Shown piece after piece: positions 1-13,539 of a stretch of 64,000 nt of DNA (position 1 is the first letter of the stretch; each line of letters opens with the position of its first letter). This stretch comes from Hydrolagus affinis (Eukaryota): positions 1 to 64,000 of the forward strand of contig JAAILG010000910.1 of NCBI GenBank assembly GCA_012026655.1. The letters run 5' to 3'. Made by a program: the position numbers and the translations under genes. The notes below the pieces were generated by a model. It made no database searches. It saw only the letters and a program-made list of their open reading frames with translations, and was not told where the DNA came from.

Positions 1-1145
1 AAAAAAGCATGTTCAGAATGCTATAGGAATTTATTGCCGATCCCACAAAGCTTTTGATCTGCACCATCTTATAAAACTTTTATGAAAAATCAATAAGAGT
101 TCAATCCTGTTATGGACCATACCACAAACTTCTGTCAGCTGCGAACTCGGTTTATTGAATACATGTATTACTGTTTGTGCAGCCAATTGCCCAGGTTTGG
201 AAACAAATGGAACTATGTGCATCTATATACCAGCAGACCTCAAACGGACACGGTGTACTCTGTAGTAATGATCACTTGTTGTATTAATGATCACTTTGTG
301 TATTAAGTGATCCCTGTCTGCAGCAAACATTCCCCAGTTCCCGGGGTAATGATTTTAATGGGAATTGCACAGCCGCTTGTCTCAGAGAGCAAATATTGTT
401 CAGTTGAGAGAAAGAGAAAGAGAGAGCATGAGAAGAACTCTCTGAAGATTAATGGCACTTTTTTGGATATAAGAACAGAGTTAAAATATGATTAAGTCTG
501 AACAGAAATATCTGAGAGACATGGTACAATCAACAATAGACATGTTGAAATAATTGGTCATATTTGTACTTTGTCACTGAATTAGACAGATCAGACGCAT
601 CCCATTCCACATGCCAATTGTGACATCCAGTTTATTAATAAAATAAGCTATATCAGCGCCAGGCCACAATGAAGGCTGCCAGTAAACTGAGGAGGTAATG
701 ATGTGTTGTTCAAGGCCCCAACAAATAATGTTACAAGAGGCTTCCTCCATGAATTTACTGTATTAACAACCAGCCACGTCAAGTAAATAATTTGCCCTGC
801 TCCTCCCCCCACCCTCCCAATGTTACCCCAAATTAGAATTCTCCAATTCTCAGAATGTTTATCAGTTAAGCACACTTTATCTACAAATGTGAACAGCTGC
901 AGCTTTTAGTGTGTGTAACACGTTATCTGCTTTATGTGTAAGTGGGTAGACACAGTATTGCAATGAGCCCCCCAAAAGTTATGAGATCACGCCAGTTGAT
1001 TTGGATGAAGATGCCTTTTGGCCCACCCGATTTCATACTTCCAGAACACCCGGCTCCTTGTCCCTTACCCAAAAACCCACCCACCTATCACAGCATCAAG
1101 CTGCTTTTTAAAACCTTTCCTAGCAATTATACTGATATCAAACAT

Positions 1146-1520
1146 TAATAAATAATAATAATCCTTGCATTTGCCACAGCACCTTATCACATCTTCAAAA
1201 CGTCTAAAAGTGCTTTACAAAATATACTGTAAAGTGAACTGAGTGTATGTTCTGTGAGTAAAATCTAGCAGCCAATTGAACACAGCAAAGTCCCACAAAT
1301 AGTCATGGATTGAAGTGACCAATTTTTTTAAAAAATTGTAGGAATTATTATCCCTGGAAAAATGATCCACCAAATGATTAATTGGGTTCCTACTTACTGC
1401 TAGGTAAACAGAGACCTGTGGAGTAAGGAAACTTTCACAACATTTCACCCTGCCAGGAATTGAAACCAGGTCCCTTGCTTAAGTGGTTAGTGCTCTAACC
1501 ACTGAGCTACAGGACTCCAC
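1146..1520 (-). mobile_element. tRNA-derived SINE, near full length (family A, no Deu domain)
   Basis: Minus-strand head GTGGAGTCCTGTAGCTCAGTGGTTAGAGCAC with box B-like GGTTTCAATTCC and an (ATT)n tail. Many similar copies occur in the window. Confidence 0.9.
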
Positions 1521-2050
1521 AGTAATATATTCCCCTGATGATCCAGATGCTCGTTTAACAGCTTTGTGGATTGAAAGATAGTTGCAGCTAACACTGTCAT
1601 GGCCAATCACAATGCTAATGGGGATGCCTTTGGCAAGTATGCATAGAGAGGTAGGTGAGGCTGACTACCATGTCCTAAGGTGAGTTTACATCTGGAGCAG
1701 CAATGCAAGAGCCAGCGAAGTAAATGCCATCTCCTACTGCTTCCACTGACAGAAGCTGCTATGCGGTTTTATTCGACTGAGAGTGTGCAAACCACCTATC
1801 AACCTGACCACATACATGTTGAAAGTAATACATCTGTAATACGTACGCAACATTACTGATGCGATTTTGGCAGCACTAACCAGTATGCAACTTCCCCTCA
1901 CAGCAAGGAAGTTCTGGAGCCAGACAAAAAAAATGCTTTTGACAAAGGAGTAGGGGGTGAGGGGAGGCAAGTTGGAAGTGAAAAAAAAGACAGCAAAAAT
2001 AGCCTCCGAACCAAATAATTCCAGAATACAAACATGCCACATCCATATTA

Positions 2051-2118
2051 ACAACAACAACAACAACAAATTACATTTATAGAGCGCCTTTCACGTCGGG
2101 AGGACGTCCCAAGGCGCT
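2051..2118 (-). mobile_element. 5'-truncated L2-type LINE 3' end with (TTG)n tail
   Basis: caacaacaacaaattacatttatagagcgcctttcacgtcgggaggacgtcccaaggcgct. The same terminus caps the longer L2 fragments near 33.7k, 43.1k and 61.2k. Confidence 0.8.
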
Positions 2119-2289
2119 GGAAGTTATTCCAAGCAATGTATGCATGCAGCAATGCGAGCACAAATATATTTGATCACATTGGATAACAGTCAATCACTGC
2201 ACCAGCCATCAGGCATTCATTCCTCTTAAAACACTGCATTGATCTGTTGGGGTGAAGATTTTTTTTCTTGGAGTGGTAAAAGTAATAGC

Positions 2290-2572
2290 AATAATAATAA
2301 TCCTTGCATTTGATATATCGCTTTTCACGTCTTCTTTGAGAAGACATCTCAAAGCGCTTCATAGAATGTACTGTAAAATGAATTGACTATATGTGTGGGC
2401 AAAATGTGGCAGCCAATTGAACACAGCAGTGTCTTACAAGCAGTCGTGGATCGATTGACCAAATTGTTATTTTATTTATTTCCTTGAGGGATTATTATCA
2501 GGTGTGTGGAGTAAGGAAACTCGCCCAAGGTTTCGCCCTGCCAGGAATCAAACCCAGGTCTCTATGAGGCGA
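2290..2572 (-). mobile_element. SINE family A copy
   Basis: aataataatccttgcatttgatat...aaagcgcttc...ggagtaaggaaac...aggaatcaaacccagg matches the other copies. Confidence 0.88.
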
Positions 2573-3084
2573 GTAAAAGTAAATTAAGTACAGTAGAAGG
2601 TTAGTGCTCGTTTTAAGCTTTTTTTAAAAAAAAAGTACAAAAAATGGCACATCTCTTAAAGGGATTAAAATCACGCTCTGGGCAACAACAAAACATGGGC
2701 CTTCTAGGAAGTGATTAGATCCTGAATGACAGCAAGTCAGTTTTAAACTCCTGCTGCTTTCCTGTTGTGTTCTGCATCCTACATCCTCCCATGGGAAAGT
2801 CATCCTCCTCCACACTCCTAAATCTGACTCACCACGGACAGGAAAACACACGTGCTCCCTGGTCCCCAACATCCTCAATCAGTGACTGCTCAGACACTGG
2901 CAGCTTTTCTACAGCAGGTTCACAGATTACAGGATGAAGCAGCAGAACAGAAACGAAGAAAACAGTCAATTCACTAGCAACAGGAGCTCACTCAGGCCAC
3001 TCCACGTAGCTCTAATGGGCTTCACATGCCACTTTTCTATTAAAGGAGCAGCGTTGTGAAGCGAAAGATTACAAGACACTGTAA

Positions 3085-3382
3085 CCTATTTAGAAACACA
3101 GATTTAAGATAATTGGCAAAAATAAACAGAGGAGAGACACGGGAGAATTTCCTTTACCCAGGGAATTGTTAGTCTGGTTTGCAGTGCCTGAAAGGGTGTT
3201 GGAAGCAGATTCAATAGTAGCATTCAAAAGGGAATTGGAAAGCCACTTAAAAAGGAAAAAAAATGCAGGGCTAAGGGGTAGAAGCGGGGGAGTTGGAATA
3301 GATGGATAGTTCTTCCAAAGAGCCAGCACAGGCATGATGGGTCGAATGGCCTCCTTCAGTGCTATAGCATTCTATGATTCTA
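3085..3382 (+). mobile_element. CR1 LINE 3' fragment
   Basis: Homologous to 36530-36812 and ends in the CR1-type (ATTCTATG)n tail gcattctatgattcta. Confidence 0.85.
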
Positions 3383-4282
3383 AGTTCACAACAATGTCTT
3401 CAATGTCGCCAACATCTTCTGCTGGTGTAATGTTTCATTTAAGCGTTGAACAAATTGCATTGCTAAAGTTTGTTTGTGGCAATGCAGCATGGAGGTAAAA
3501 AAGTACTGCCAATGAAGAAGTCACTTTTTTAGTGCAGGCTGATCCTAACACCTCCAGGTGCTAAGCAAATAACAATCCATTAAAAACAAACAAGTGGGGT
3601 CAAACCTTTTCTGATGCACGCTTCGGAGGCTCGCTCGTCAGCTGAATAGTAAAATAATTGACATACAAGTGAGTGAGAATGTTCAGTTCAGAGTTTGAAA
3701 AGAAAACACAAAAATAACAAATATAAAGTGGTAGTAGGCAACCAAGTAGTTCAAATGTCAGAATCAGCAGGAACAAACTTCAAGCATCTTAAAGTCCCTT
3801 TCAGCTTTGCATTACCGGTAATTCCAATATAGGTACTGTACTGTATTTCAGCTTTTACCACGTCAGAAGAGGGAAATGTATGTGTTCTGCTGGTGGTGAC
3901 TTGCTCTAGTTTGCCTGTAGTTTATTACCACTATGTGATGAGACACAGGCAAATATCCTTAAGGCTCACCAGCAGAAAACATACTGTTTATTACTGTGTG
4001 ATGTAATAAACCAGGATACAGGAAGAATCCAAAAATAAACTGCATACTGTATTTAACTTTTGAAATGCTGCTGTGATAGGAGACAGTTTCAGCACCACTT
4101 TGATTCATAGCATAGTGTAAGTGTAGAAATCTGCCTTTATATTACCTACCCTGTCTAATACTTAAACAATTACTTAAATGTTCTTTGGCTACCCAATCAC
4201 AGGGTGTTCCTCCTGCAATAATGTGTATACATATTTCACATTCTTTGTAAATTGCACTCAGGCAGTTTCTCAGTCAAATACA

Positions 4283-4725
4283 GTAATAATAATAAGAACA
4301 ATCCTTGCATACAATATTGCGCCGTATCAAGTCATTGAGACGTCACAAAGTGCTTCATAGGATATGCTGTAAAGTGGATTGACTGTATTTTGTACAAAAA
4401 AAAACAGGGCAGCCAGTTTGCATGCAGCAATGTCCCACAAACAGCTATGGAGTGAGAGACCGCATATATTTTGGAGTTTGTTGGCCAGGACACCGGGAAA
4501 AACTCCCTCCTCTTTTTGAATAGTGCCATAGGATCTTTAACATCGATCTGAAGAGGCAGATGGGACATTGGTTTAACATCTCATCCGGAGGACAGCACCT
4601 CCAATAATGCAACAACTCGCAGCACTGGGTTGGAGTGTAAATGTAAGACTACGGATTCCAAGTTCCTGCACGGGGCTTGAACCCACAATCTTCTGACACA
4701 AAGACAAGAGTGCCACTGTGGCAGG
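4283..4725 (-). mobile_element. Deu-domain SINE (SacSINE1/AmnSINE1-like; family B)
   Basis: Minus strand GGATGAGATGTTAAACC...GATGTTAAAGATCCTATGGCACTATTCAAAAAGAG...CCGGTGTCCTGGCCAAC matches the Deu domain as recalled. Has a tRNA-like head and the same tail as family A. Confidence 0.82.
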
Positions 4726-5919
4726 CTAACACATAATAATCATTTTATTTTCATGCAATTAATGCTCTACACTTCTAATTAAGCAATTTCCCAGCATGTC
4801 AAATCCACATTAAGAAGCAACATGGTTTCTAATTTGGAGCTAATACTACCACAAGAGAATGATACAGAGAGCAAAATATTGCGTTGCCGATTCTATAAAA
4901 AAAATCGAAACACCATTGCTACAAATATGATGTGTTTTTTTCCATATTTCACCACAGTTTATAACCCTGAAATGCCAGTTTGCACAGAAGTCTTGAGTAT
5001 AGTATCTTACTAATGTGATATAGAATTCTGTTAGTATCATGCAGGCAACAGTAACTTCTGCGGAACTTCAAAGATCACTAAAGAAAATTCATTTTTACCG
5101 TTCTATCCTCATCCAATTTCCAGATCTATAAGTATAGATTTATAATTTAAATTGACAATTTAGGATTTATATAATCTGTTACATGGCCACAAATGCACAA
5201 GCACCGCACACATAACGTGCATGTAGTGTATTATTATGGGAACAGAAAGCACAGTTTGTGCTTTCGAGTGGGAACTATGCAACAATTTGGATGTTTCCTG
5301 CAGGCATGGATGTGTTTAACACATGTTATATGATAAGCAGGTTTGCAGAAATCAATCAGATAAGTGGTCAAAGCAAAACCGTCAGTAAACAGAAGAATGA
5401 ATCACTAGGCAGCAGGCTGAGTAGAGCTGTATAGGATTGAGCATTGAGCTAAAAGGACATCTTTAGCAATAGAAATTTTTGTTGCGTGTAGGGAGTAAGG
5501 CTGAAATTGCCAGAATGCAAGTCTACTGATTTATTTTTAAAAGGATAACACCCTCACCAAAGTGGCTAACAAAGTTTATTTGCCAAAGAAAGAACTCGTC
5601 CATCATTTGCGATCCCGGTGATGTTGCTCTCATGTAATCTACATGCTTTTGCTTCCAAACAGGAAAAGGTTTTGTTCTCTTTAAAGTATTTAATGAGACC
5701 ACACTGTTGAAATTCTATGTTTCCTTTGGAGGATGGCTTTGTCGGATCGCTGCAGGCACAAAGTGCATGTGGACACTTACCTCTGTACTGACACAATTTT
5801 GATTAAAACAGCCTCAGGAGGTGTAAAGGGCATCATAGCTACTCATTGTGGGAATGTGAGCAGTGTTAAATATCACATTTATAGAGGACGTTTGAGACTG
5901 CAAATTGGACTACAGCACT

Positions 5920-6185
5920 GTCTCCCAGGCTCTGTCCTTGGCCCTCTCCTTTTCAACATCTATATGCTCCCCCATGGTGACATCAACCGCAGACACGGGG
6001 TCAACTTCCATATGTATACGATGACATCCAACTCGATCTTTCTGCCTCCACCCTCAATTCCAGGACCACTGCTGTCCTGACAGACTGCCTGTCAGACGTC
6101 AAGTCTCATTCATGCCTCCATCATGTCCAAGCTCGACTATGCCAATGCCCTACCCATTTCTCCCTCCATATGCTGTAGATCATCC
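5920..6185 (+). mobile_element. L2 LINE ORF2 (reverse transcriptase) remnant
   Basis: Translates [31 protein letters not shown], the RT PQGSVLGP...YADD region. Frameshifted and internally deleted. Confidence 0.85.
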
Positions 6186-7134
6186 AGATATAGCGCTTTC
6201 CACATCTTATCGACGTCTCAAAGTGCTTCACAGAATATACTGTAAAGTGAATTGTATATTTGTGGGCGAAATATACAATATATGAAATGCCACGTATATA
6301 CAGTGAATCTAGACCCAGGTAGAATTTCTCCCCAATAGGGACTGGACCAAAAAAAAAAGCTGTGTTGAAAACAATGAGGGAAATAATGTTCAGAGAAATT
6401 CATCCTGTACCTTTTCTGTGGAATTGGGTGTAAAACGTAACCCACTATGTGACTGTAACCATAATGAGTTAAACACCAGGCTTGACCAGCACTTCTGTTA
6501 CTGAGAAGTTGAACAATATCATACATCCATTGGATTTTTAGCAACATTTGTTATGAACTTTAATAGCTACTATTTTTGCCTAAAGCATAAAAGTAGATGA
6601 TTAAAAACATCACTACATAAAAGCCTGAAGGGTGCTCAAACACAAACTACAGGCTTCAAACAATTTTTGTTTAATATAAATAGGAATATACATGGCTTTC
6701 TTTAATATCTAGTTCCTGAGACTAATTATTTTTGTATCACTTGAACTATAAAGTAAAAAAAAATTCAAAGCACAGTATTTTCTTATTTACATGACAACAG
6801 ATTTAAATAATTTGGACTTGATTGTTACAATCCCTTGGTGATCAAATGAATCATTGAGAAACCACCTGTTGCTGGCTAAGATACAGGAGAGTGCAAGTTC
6901 TTTGTCTCCTTAAACAACAAAGAAATTCTCTCAACAGAGTACAGGATGGTTACTTACATTTAAAAAAAATTATATTTAATCATTACCACAAAATAACCGT
7001 CGTCCATTTAGAGTTCCAGTTGCCTGCCTATACTTCAGCTTTTACTGAACTTTGAAATGATCATAAATAATCAGAAGGCCACTTTAAACTGCTTCACAGC
7101 ATCTGTACTGTAAAATGGAGTGCCTGTGTATTTA

Positions 7135-7320
7135 TAATGATAATAATAATCCTTTCATTTGATATAGTGCCTTATCACATTGTTGAGACATCTTCAAGTG
7201 CTTCACAGAATATACTGTAAAGTGAATTTACTCCATATTTTGTTGGTGAAACAGCCAATGGTGCACAGCTGTGTGTCACAAACAGTTGTGTATTCAGTGA
7301 CCAAATAAATGTTAATTTTA
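7135..7320 (-). mobile_element. SINE 3' half
   Basis: (AAT)n tail followed by gtgcttcacagaatatactgtaaagtgaatt, shared with other copies. Confidence 0.8.
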
Positions 7321-9054
7321 TGGGTATCAATTTTTTTTAAAAATCCCTTGAATCAGCATCTAGAAAGAAAAGGGCTGCAGTTTCTCATTGCTGGAACAAA
7401 GATGCACACTGGCTTGGGTCAGCTAGCAGTTTCCCAAAGACTCCCCCAAATGAAAATTCCTGATCTCTACGGAAACCTCAAATCTGACTTTAAACAATTT
7501 TTTTGGGAGAAATACTTAATTGGAAGAATGTACATGAAGGAAACCTTTGCCTGGTTTTATCCTTTTTTTTAAGAACAGAGTATTTGGCATCATTGTCCAG
7601 TAAAGAGATATTGACTCTACCTGACAGCCTAATGAGACAAGATGTTGCATTCAGTTTGTCACTACATCAGTAAAGGCACACTGATTTATTGGAAGAGTGC
7701 AGCAGATATAAATGTAGTACATTTCTGACTTAGAGCAATCTGTTACACAGACAGACTAAAAGAACAAAATGTGTCCTATTAGATAAAATAAGTGAAAGAA
7801 TGAAGGCAAACACAATTCAGGCTTCTAAAATAATAATAAGTGCAGGAACTAAAAGCCAATAATTATCTGAAATGAGTATTGGGCGAGAAGAAAGATTTTT
7901 AAAATGGAAAAGCACAGGAACTCAACAACAGTTTAGAAACGACTTCTTCTCACACGTTAGCTGAAGGAATAAGCTGCCATCTAGTGCAATGATTTTCGGG
8001 ACTGTCCAAAGCGAACTGGATAGATTGTTGCTGCAGGCTTCAATCTGGGGCAAGAGGTTGACAGAGAGGTGACTCCAGGAATGAGGGAGATGTTTTTGAC
8101 TCCAGCACATTTCCACTAAATGGAGTCAGCCTGATCGGCTGAATGGCCTTTTCTTGCCACTACATTATGGTCTTGTAATTTGCTTGAAGGTTGATGGCTT
8201 CTTTTAAATTCTAAATAAAGTCAACTTAGTTACATTTTATTGAATGTTCAATTTAAAGTGAGTACATTTGGTCTGGCAGCTCACTGAAAACCTTAAAATG
8301 CTTGAGCTGTCATCCATTATAAATACTGAATGCTACCTGTACTAGCAATACTTCATTACATCTGTTATTTCACATTTGAGGAACTAGATCTTTCTTTTAT
8401 GAATGCAAGAACAACACTAATGCACCATTAGTGCGTGATACATTCTGCTTATTCTATAGGGCATTATTCATGTGTTTTAAAAGGAACCCAGTCTGCTGAG
8501 TGGACATCAACTGATAATTCATTACTGTGAAATGCCACCATTTTCATAGTAAAGAAACAATACTCACAGCAGTAAAATAATTTTCTTTTTTTTTAAAGAA
8601 GGGGGATTAGAAGGAGGTTACCTGCCTTGTAAGGAGAAAGATTGGAAAACAAAATTGAATTGGTCTGTCTGATTACATTAATGATCATTCGTTCAGCCTA
8701 ATGAACAGAGTGATAACTCTAAAATGACAGCTGACTACATCAACAGACTGCATGAAGCGCTCTGAGACGCCGTCCGACGTGGAGGGCGCTATATAAATCA
8801 AAGTTGTTGTTGCATGTTAGCCTATACATTCAGCATGCAGTGTAGCGAATGCTGGGTTAACCCTGCTTACCCGAATCTTTGTCTGGCTCCTCCAATCATG
8901 TGGTGCATCCTAGCATTGAGTGTCACCCTACACTACAAGCTTAAAGTATCAACATGGGACTAACCCCCAACCTTCTGAGCCAAGGTGACATCTAAATAGT
9001 TTGAAAACACTCTTTTTGCTCATTTAAGAATCATAAGATTAGCTCTTTGGTCAT

Positions 9055-9110
9055 AAAATCAAACTACAAATGCTAGAAATCTGAATTAAAACCAGCAAAT
9101 GATAGAAATT
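9055..9110 (-). mobile_element. Decayed Penelope-like terminal remnant
   Basis: Reverse complement ...ctggttttaattcagatttctagcatttgtagt aligns with 59965-60000. Confidence 0.5.
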
Positions 9111-9749
9111 AATAATATAGCATAGTCTTCATAAAACAACTGAACAACTGAATCTACCTATCCTGACAACTGAACCTATCTTCCTGTTATTTTTGATTAT
9201 TGGCATTCTGTGCATTTCCTGGTTTCATTAAGAAATTTTATTTGATTGAGCTTAGAGTTTATCAATTTAATTCCCACCTCTGGAGCCAATAGGATGTAGC
9301 GAAGCAAGATACTGTATATAGCTGCCTATGTTCATGGCTGCCATGTTTATGAAGATTCCCCCCACACTCCACCAATCCAAACTGTGTTATGAATTAGATG
9401 TTGCTGTTTTACAGTAAGTGCTATTGTAAATAAATCTCTGAGTATTACTTTCTTCAGCAATTTCCTGCCCCCTCAACCCAGGACATCCTTGCTGGAGTTT
9501 ACAACCAACTTGCTTATTTACATGGATCAGGTCCAAAGTAAACCTAATTTGCTATAAACATATAACCTGCTCTAAAAGGATAAGATTTTGTTTGGGCTTT
9601 CACTGCATTATCAATCTACAGAAATGCGATAACATTATTTTCATGGATCAGATGCAGCTGCAGTAACAACACATAATATACACAGAGAGGCCTAAAACAT
9701 GAGTTGGCTAATAGCCCAGGGGCTAACCATGTTCAGACATGTACAAAGG

Positions 9750-10430
9750 TACCGTCCTTCAAATGAGATATTACATTAAGGTCGCATCTGCCTGTTCAGG
9801 TAAACTTTAAAAATCCCATGATACAACTTGGGGAAAAAGGGCGTTTCATCCAATGTCCTAGCCCGCAACCCCACAAATAAAATTGGTTACTCACTTCATG
9901 GCCATTTGTGAGACATTTCTGTGCATTACACATGTCTACAAATACATAGTCACTACTCTGTACAGTAAATCATTTGAAGTCCTTTGAGACATCTTGATGA
10001 TGTGATAAGGCACTTGTGTGTCAGCCTGATTCAGTGGTAGCCTCCGAGTCAGAGCTTGTGTGTTCAACGGATGTGGAATCACATAGTCTAAGTTGATATT
10101 CCAATGCAGTACTGGAGAGGTGTTCCATTGTTGGAGTTGCTATTGGATGAGACATTAAATGGAGGTCTCATCTACCTGTTCAGATGGATATTAAAGATCC
10201 CTGGTACTATTCAAAAAGAGAAAAGAGTATCTCCCAGTGCCCTGGGCAACAATCCCCCAAATGAAAGTGGTCATGTACTCCATGGCTGTTTGTGGGACAT
10301 TGTTTTGTGCAAACCGGCTGCAGCATTTCCCCACAGAAAATCCACTTTTCTGTAAATTGCGTGAAACGCTTTGAGATGTCTCAATGATATAAGGTGCTAT
10401 ATTAAATGCAAGGATTATCATTATCATCAT
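9750..10430 (+). mobile_element. Two tandem Deu-domain SINE copies (about 9750-10012 partial; about 10016-10430 near full length)
   Basis: The Deu motif atgaga.att...catct.cctgttcag.t....ttaaa.atccc occurs twice, each followed by the SINE tail. Confidence 0.8.
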
Positions 10431-12021
10431 TATAATATCTAATGCAAGAATCATTCATATAATTCACCACTATTAAAATGATTACAGGTGACTCTACAAC
10501 ACCTTTCATTAATTTATTGCCGAGAGAAGTCATATTGGCTTTGTTTACACTGTTTATAAAATTTGGTCTTAGTGAGTGATATGTTAACCAATGCCTCAAG
10601 ATCTTTTTCCTCTTTGAAAAATTCTATCCTATCCAATAGAGACTTCCATAGTGCCTGGGAAAGTTGGTTAAAGGCTCAACCAGCCTTGCTGGGGCTATAG
10701 AGCAAATCAGAGTTGGAAGCAGAAGGAGTAGTAAGGCAGTAAGACTACAAGAAAAGTTGGATGTGTCAAGGAAAATTTCCATATTCTGCAAACAACAAGT
10801 TATTCTTGTCACTTAACTGATACCACTATATATGTAAGGTAAGCTCCAAACATTGGGGCATTAAGTTCCATAATCTGTTACGCTAGCTGCTCAAATACTA
10901 ATAGTTTCTAAAAAGCCAGGAGTCCATTACTGTCATCAACACAAAGAAATGGAATTTCCCCCAAGCTTGTTTTAAGGGCTATTGGAGCAAATTTAATTGT
11001 TGCTAACCTCAGGTCAGAGGAATGATAGACAGGGAATTTCTCATTTTTGACAAAGTAAGAGAGTTCCTATGCCTTTCACTTCATGCTGTTTCACGTCAAG
11101 TCTGAAACATGAATTTTCATTTGCTTTTTAAAAGAGCAACTTAATTAGTATCAGAATGAACAGCTAAGGCTATATTTAATATTGTCGAGCTTAGTAAAAT
11201 AATGCATGTTGCAGGTGTTTATAAAACACTTGTACATGAATTAACAGCATTCCAACAGTTTAAGTTAAATGATAAATGAGCCTATTCTCAATGAATCTCT
11301 GGGGTGAAAATCTGCAACTAAGGGCAGCCTTGTCAGGATGTTTAACTCCACACAGGCAAAACAGGAAACAAAACATCTTGATATTGGATTGACAGTCTGG
11401 CCAGAAATTGCCAAACTAAGGACAATGCTTGCCCCCAAATAAAGTGGCAAAGATGCCACCGAGGTCTTCAAACACCTGGGCTCCATTTTTTCCCTTCTGG
11501 GTGTCAAAGATAGCAAAGCTCAAAAAACATCCACAATAGCAAAATCGGCTATTTTCATCCTGATAATAAAATGTACTTGTTCTCAAAATTCAACTGCAAG
11601 AAACATATTAATTAGCCACTTGGCATGTAGTAAAAAGCAATGGAGTGGATTGCTAAACATGCAATGTTTATGTTTGGGATCCCTGTCACATACAGGATCC
11701 CAAGTGCGTGCTTTCAAAGTACCATTGTTAATTTACTTTTTTATTAAAAAAAACTATATATTTATGTACTTCTGCCTGGAATAATAACTTAAAAAACGCA
11801 AAGGCCTCCCCCAGTCGATCACTCAAAAACTGATTTAGGAGATGCACATTTTGTGGAGGCAATCTGATTGAAACTCATGGTGGAAATGCACCAACAAAAC
11901 CTTTATTTGTTTCGTATATATGAAAATTCTGAATGATAACCCACAAACTAATCATGGATCGCACAGGTTGTATCTTTGTTAACTGTGGGGAGTAAACGTG
12001 AGTTAAGTATTCTGACTGTAC

Positions 12022-12104
12022 CTTGGTGGAGGTCACTGGGCTCTGAGAGCAACAGGACAGTTCCTCATCAGGTCCTCGTGACAAACTGGGGGTTGAAAGC
12101 TGTC
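12022..12104 (-). CDS. Probable further ADGRD-like tail exon, (R)QLSTPSLSRGPDEELSCCSQSPVTSTK; 3' boundary uncertain and may run on to the stop at 11875
   Basis: Very strong acceptor tattttctcttctttttcttcctcag|GA, and phase 1 matches the previous exon. Possible donor AAG|gtacag. The same frame stays open to 11875 (ORF track) and a minus-strand AATAAA lies at 11740-11745. Confidence 0.65.
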
Positions 12105-13539
12105 CTGAGGAAGAAAAAGAAGAGAAAATATTAGCCAGAGGGTGGGCTTTCTACAACAACCATGGCCGAAGTCTGATATTAGTCACACTGGTTGTTAAAA
12201 GAGATCTGCGTTATCATCTTAGGAATAATTAGGCCAAATGTATTAAAGTTCCCAAATTAAGCAATTCTCTTCTAGTGGCACATTTCCCATCCATTTTGTG
12301 ATGTACTGTATTCTGTTTGCATTAAATATGAGCTAATTTGCAATCAGGGATATAAGGCAGCATTCTGTGCACCATCAGGTTAGTTTGGAGCAAATACCAT
12401 GGTTACCAGTTATCCTCAAAGGAATGTTTGAAACACAGAATAAATATCAGGTGCCACAGAAATGTGTGAAGCAAAGTTCTAATGGAGCAAATGGTAGCAC
12501 GCTTACTGCAGGCATAATCTGACATTGTAAGGTTATCATTGTGGCTGCTTGGAAACAATGACAGTTGATTTATCGAAAACAGAGTAGAAGCCTTACAATC
12601 TCATATGTATGTTTTTTTTCTCATTCATAAAAATAGGAATGGATGTACTTTTTACTTTGCTGTGAGATAAACTCCATGTTAGCTAATGACCAGGAAATAT
12701 CCTGTGTGCAAACACTTTACAGCGAACTGCTGCACTCTAAGGGCCTCAATGCAGTTGAGCAGGAATACGGGCCCTAATGGGGTACAGAATTGTTACATGT
12801 TAAGGCATGTGTAAGGGCTAATCATTCAGACTCAGATCTGGATTCAGAAACCAGCTCTTCTGGGGAATTGCTCAAATTGAGATTTGAAGTTAAAACCTAG
12901 GTTTTTTATTTCTAAAGTTTGATGCATCATCTCCCACCCCCGCTTAAGATTCTAGCCAAAACCAGCACTAAACCATTAGATATCTGCGTGGCTGCGAGGA
13001 ATTATCCACATTTTCTTGCCCTCATTGCCTGTTAAATTTTAAACCACCAATGGGGGTAATTCATATCCACTCTATTAGGCAAGTGGAACTGCTGAATAAG
13101 TTTCACTTTAAACTCGCAAAATAGAAAGACTTAGAATTTGGACCTTCGCACTGTTTGCTCACAACCAAAGGGGTAAAAGCGTCAGTATGTGAACTCATCT
13201 ATCCTTAAGGATAACAATTAGCAGAGTGGAACTATAATCATATAGAGGCATCAATCACCAACAACTGAAACAAAATACAATCAATGCCAAAAATGTCAAA
13301 AACCCATCAACTACCTTTGTGGAGAGTGGAGACGCTAATAAATAATATAGCTACATTATGCTTCTTATGCGTCTCAATCAATATTTTTAATTGCTTTGCC
13401 ACTGAAACAAACTTTTTTTCCCTTTTCTAAATTCTAATCTTTGTTGAGGCAAGATCAAGAGATATTAATTAAATAATCATGTTTGACAAGAATAAGTGTT
13501 TGGAAAACACTGTTTATGTTGAATGTTTCATTCTTCTAC

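Noticed and set aside
1734-1913. Terminal exon candidate NFLAVRGSCILVSAAK...
   Set aside because: The acceptor is plausible and in phase 0, but the peptide has no recognisable homology or tail-like composition.
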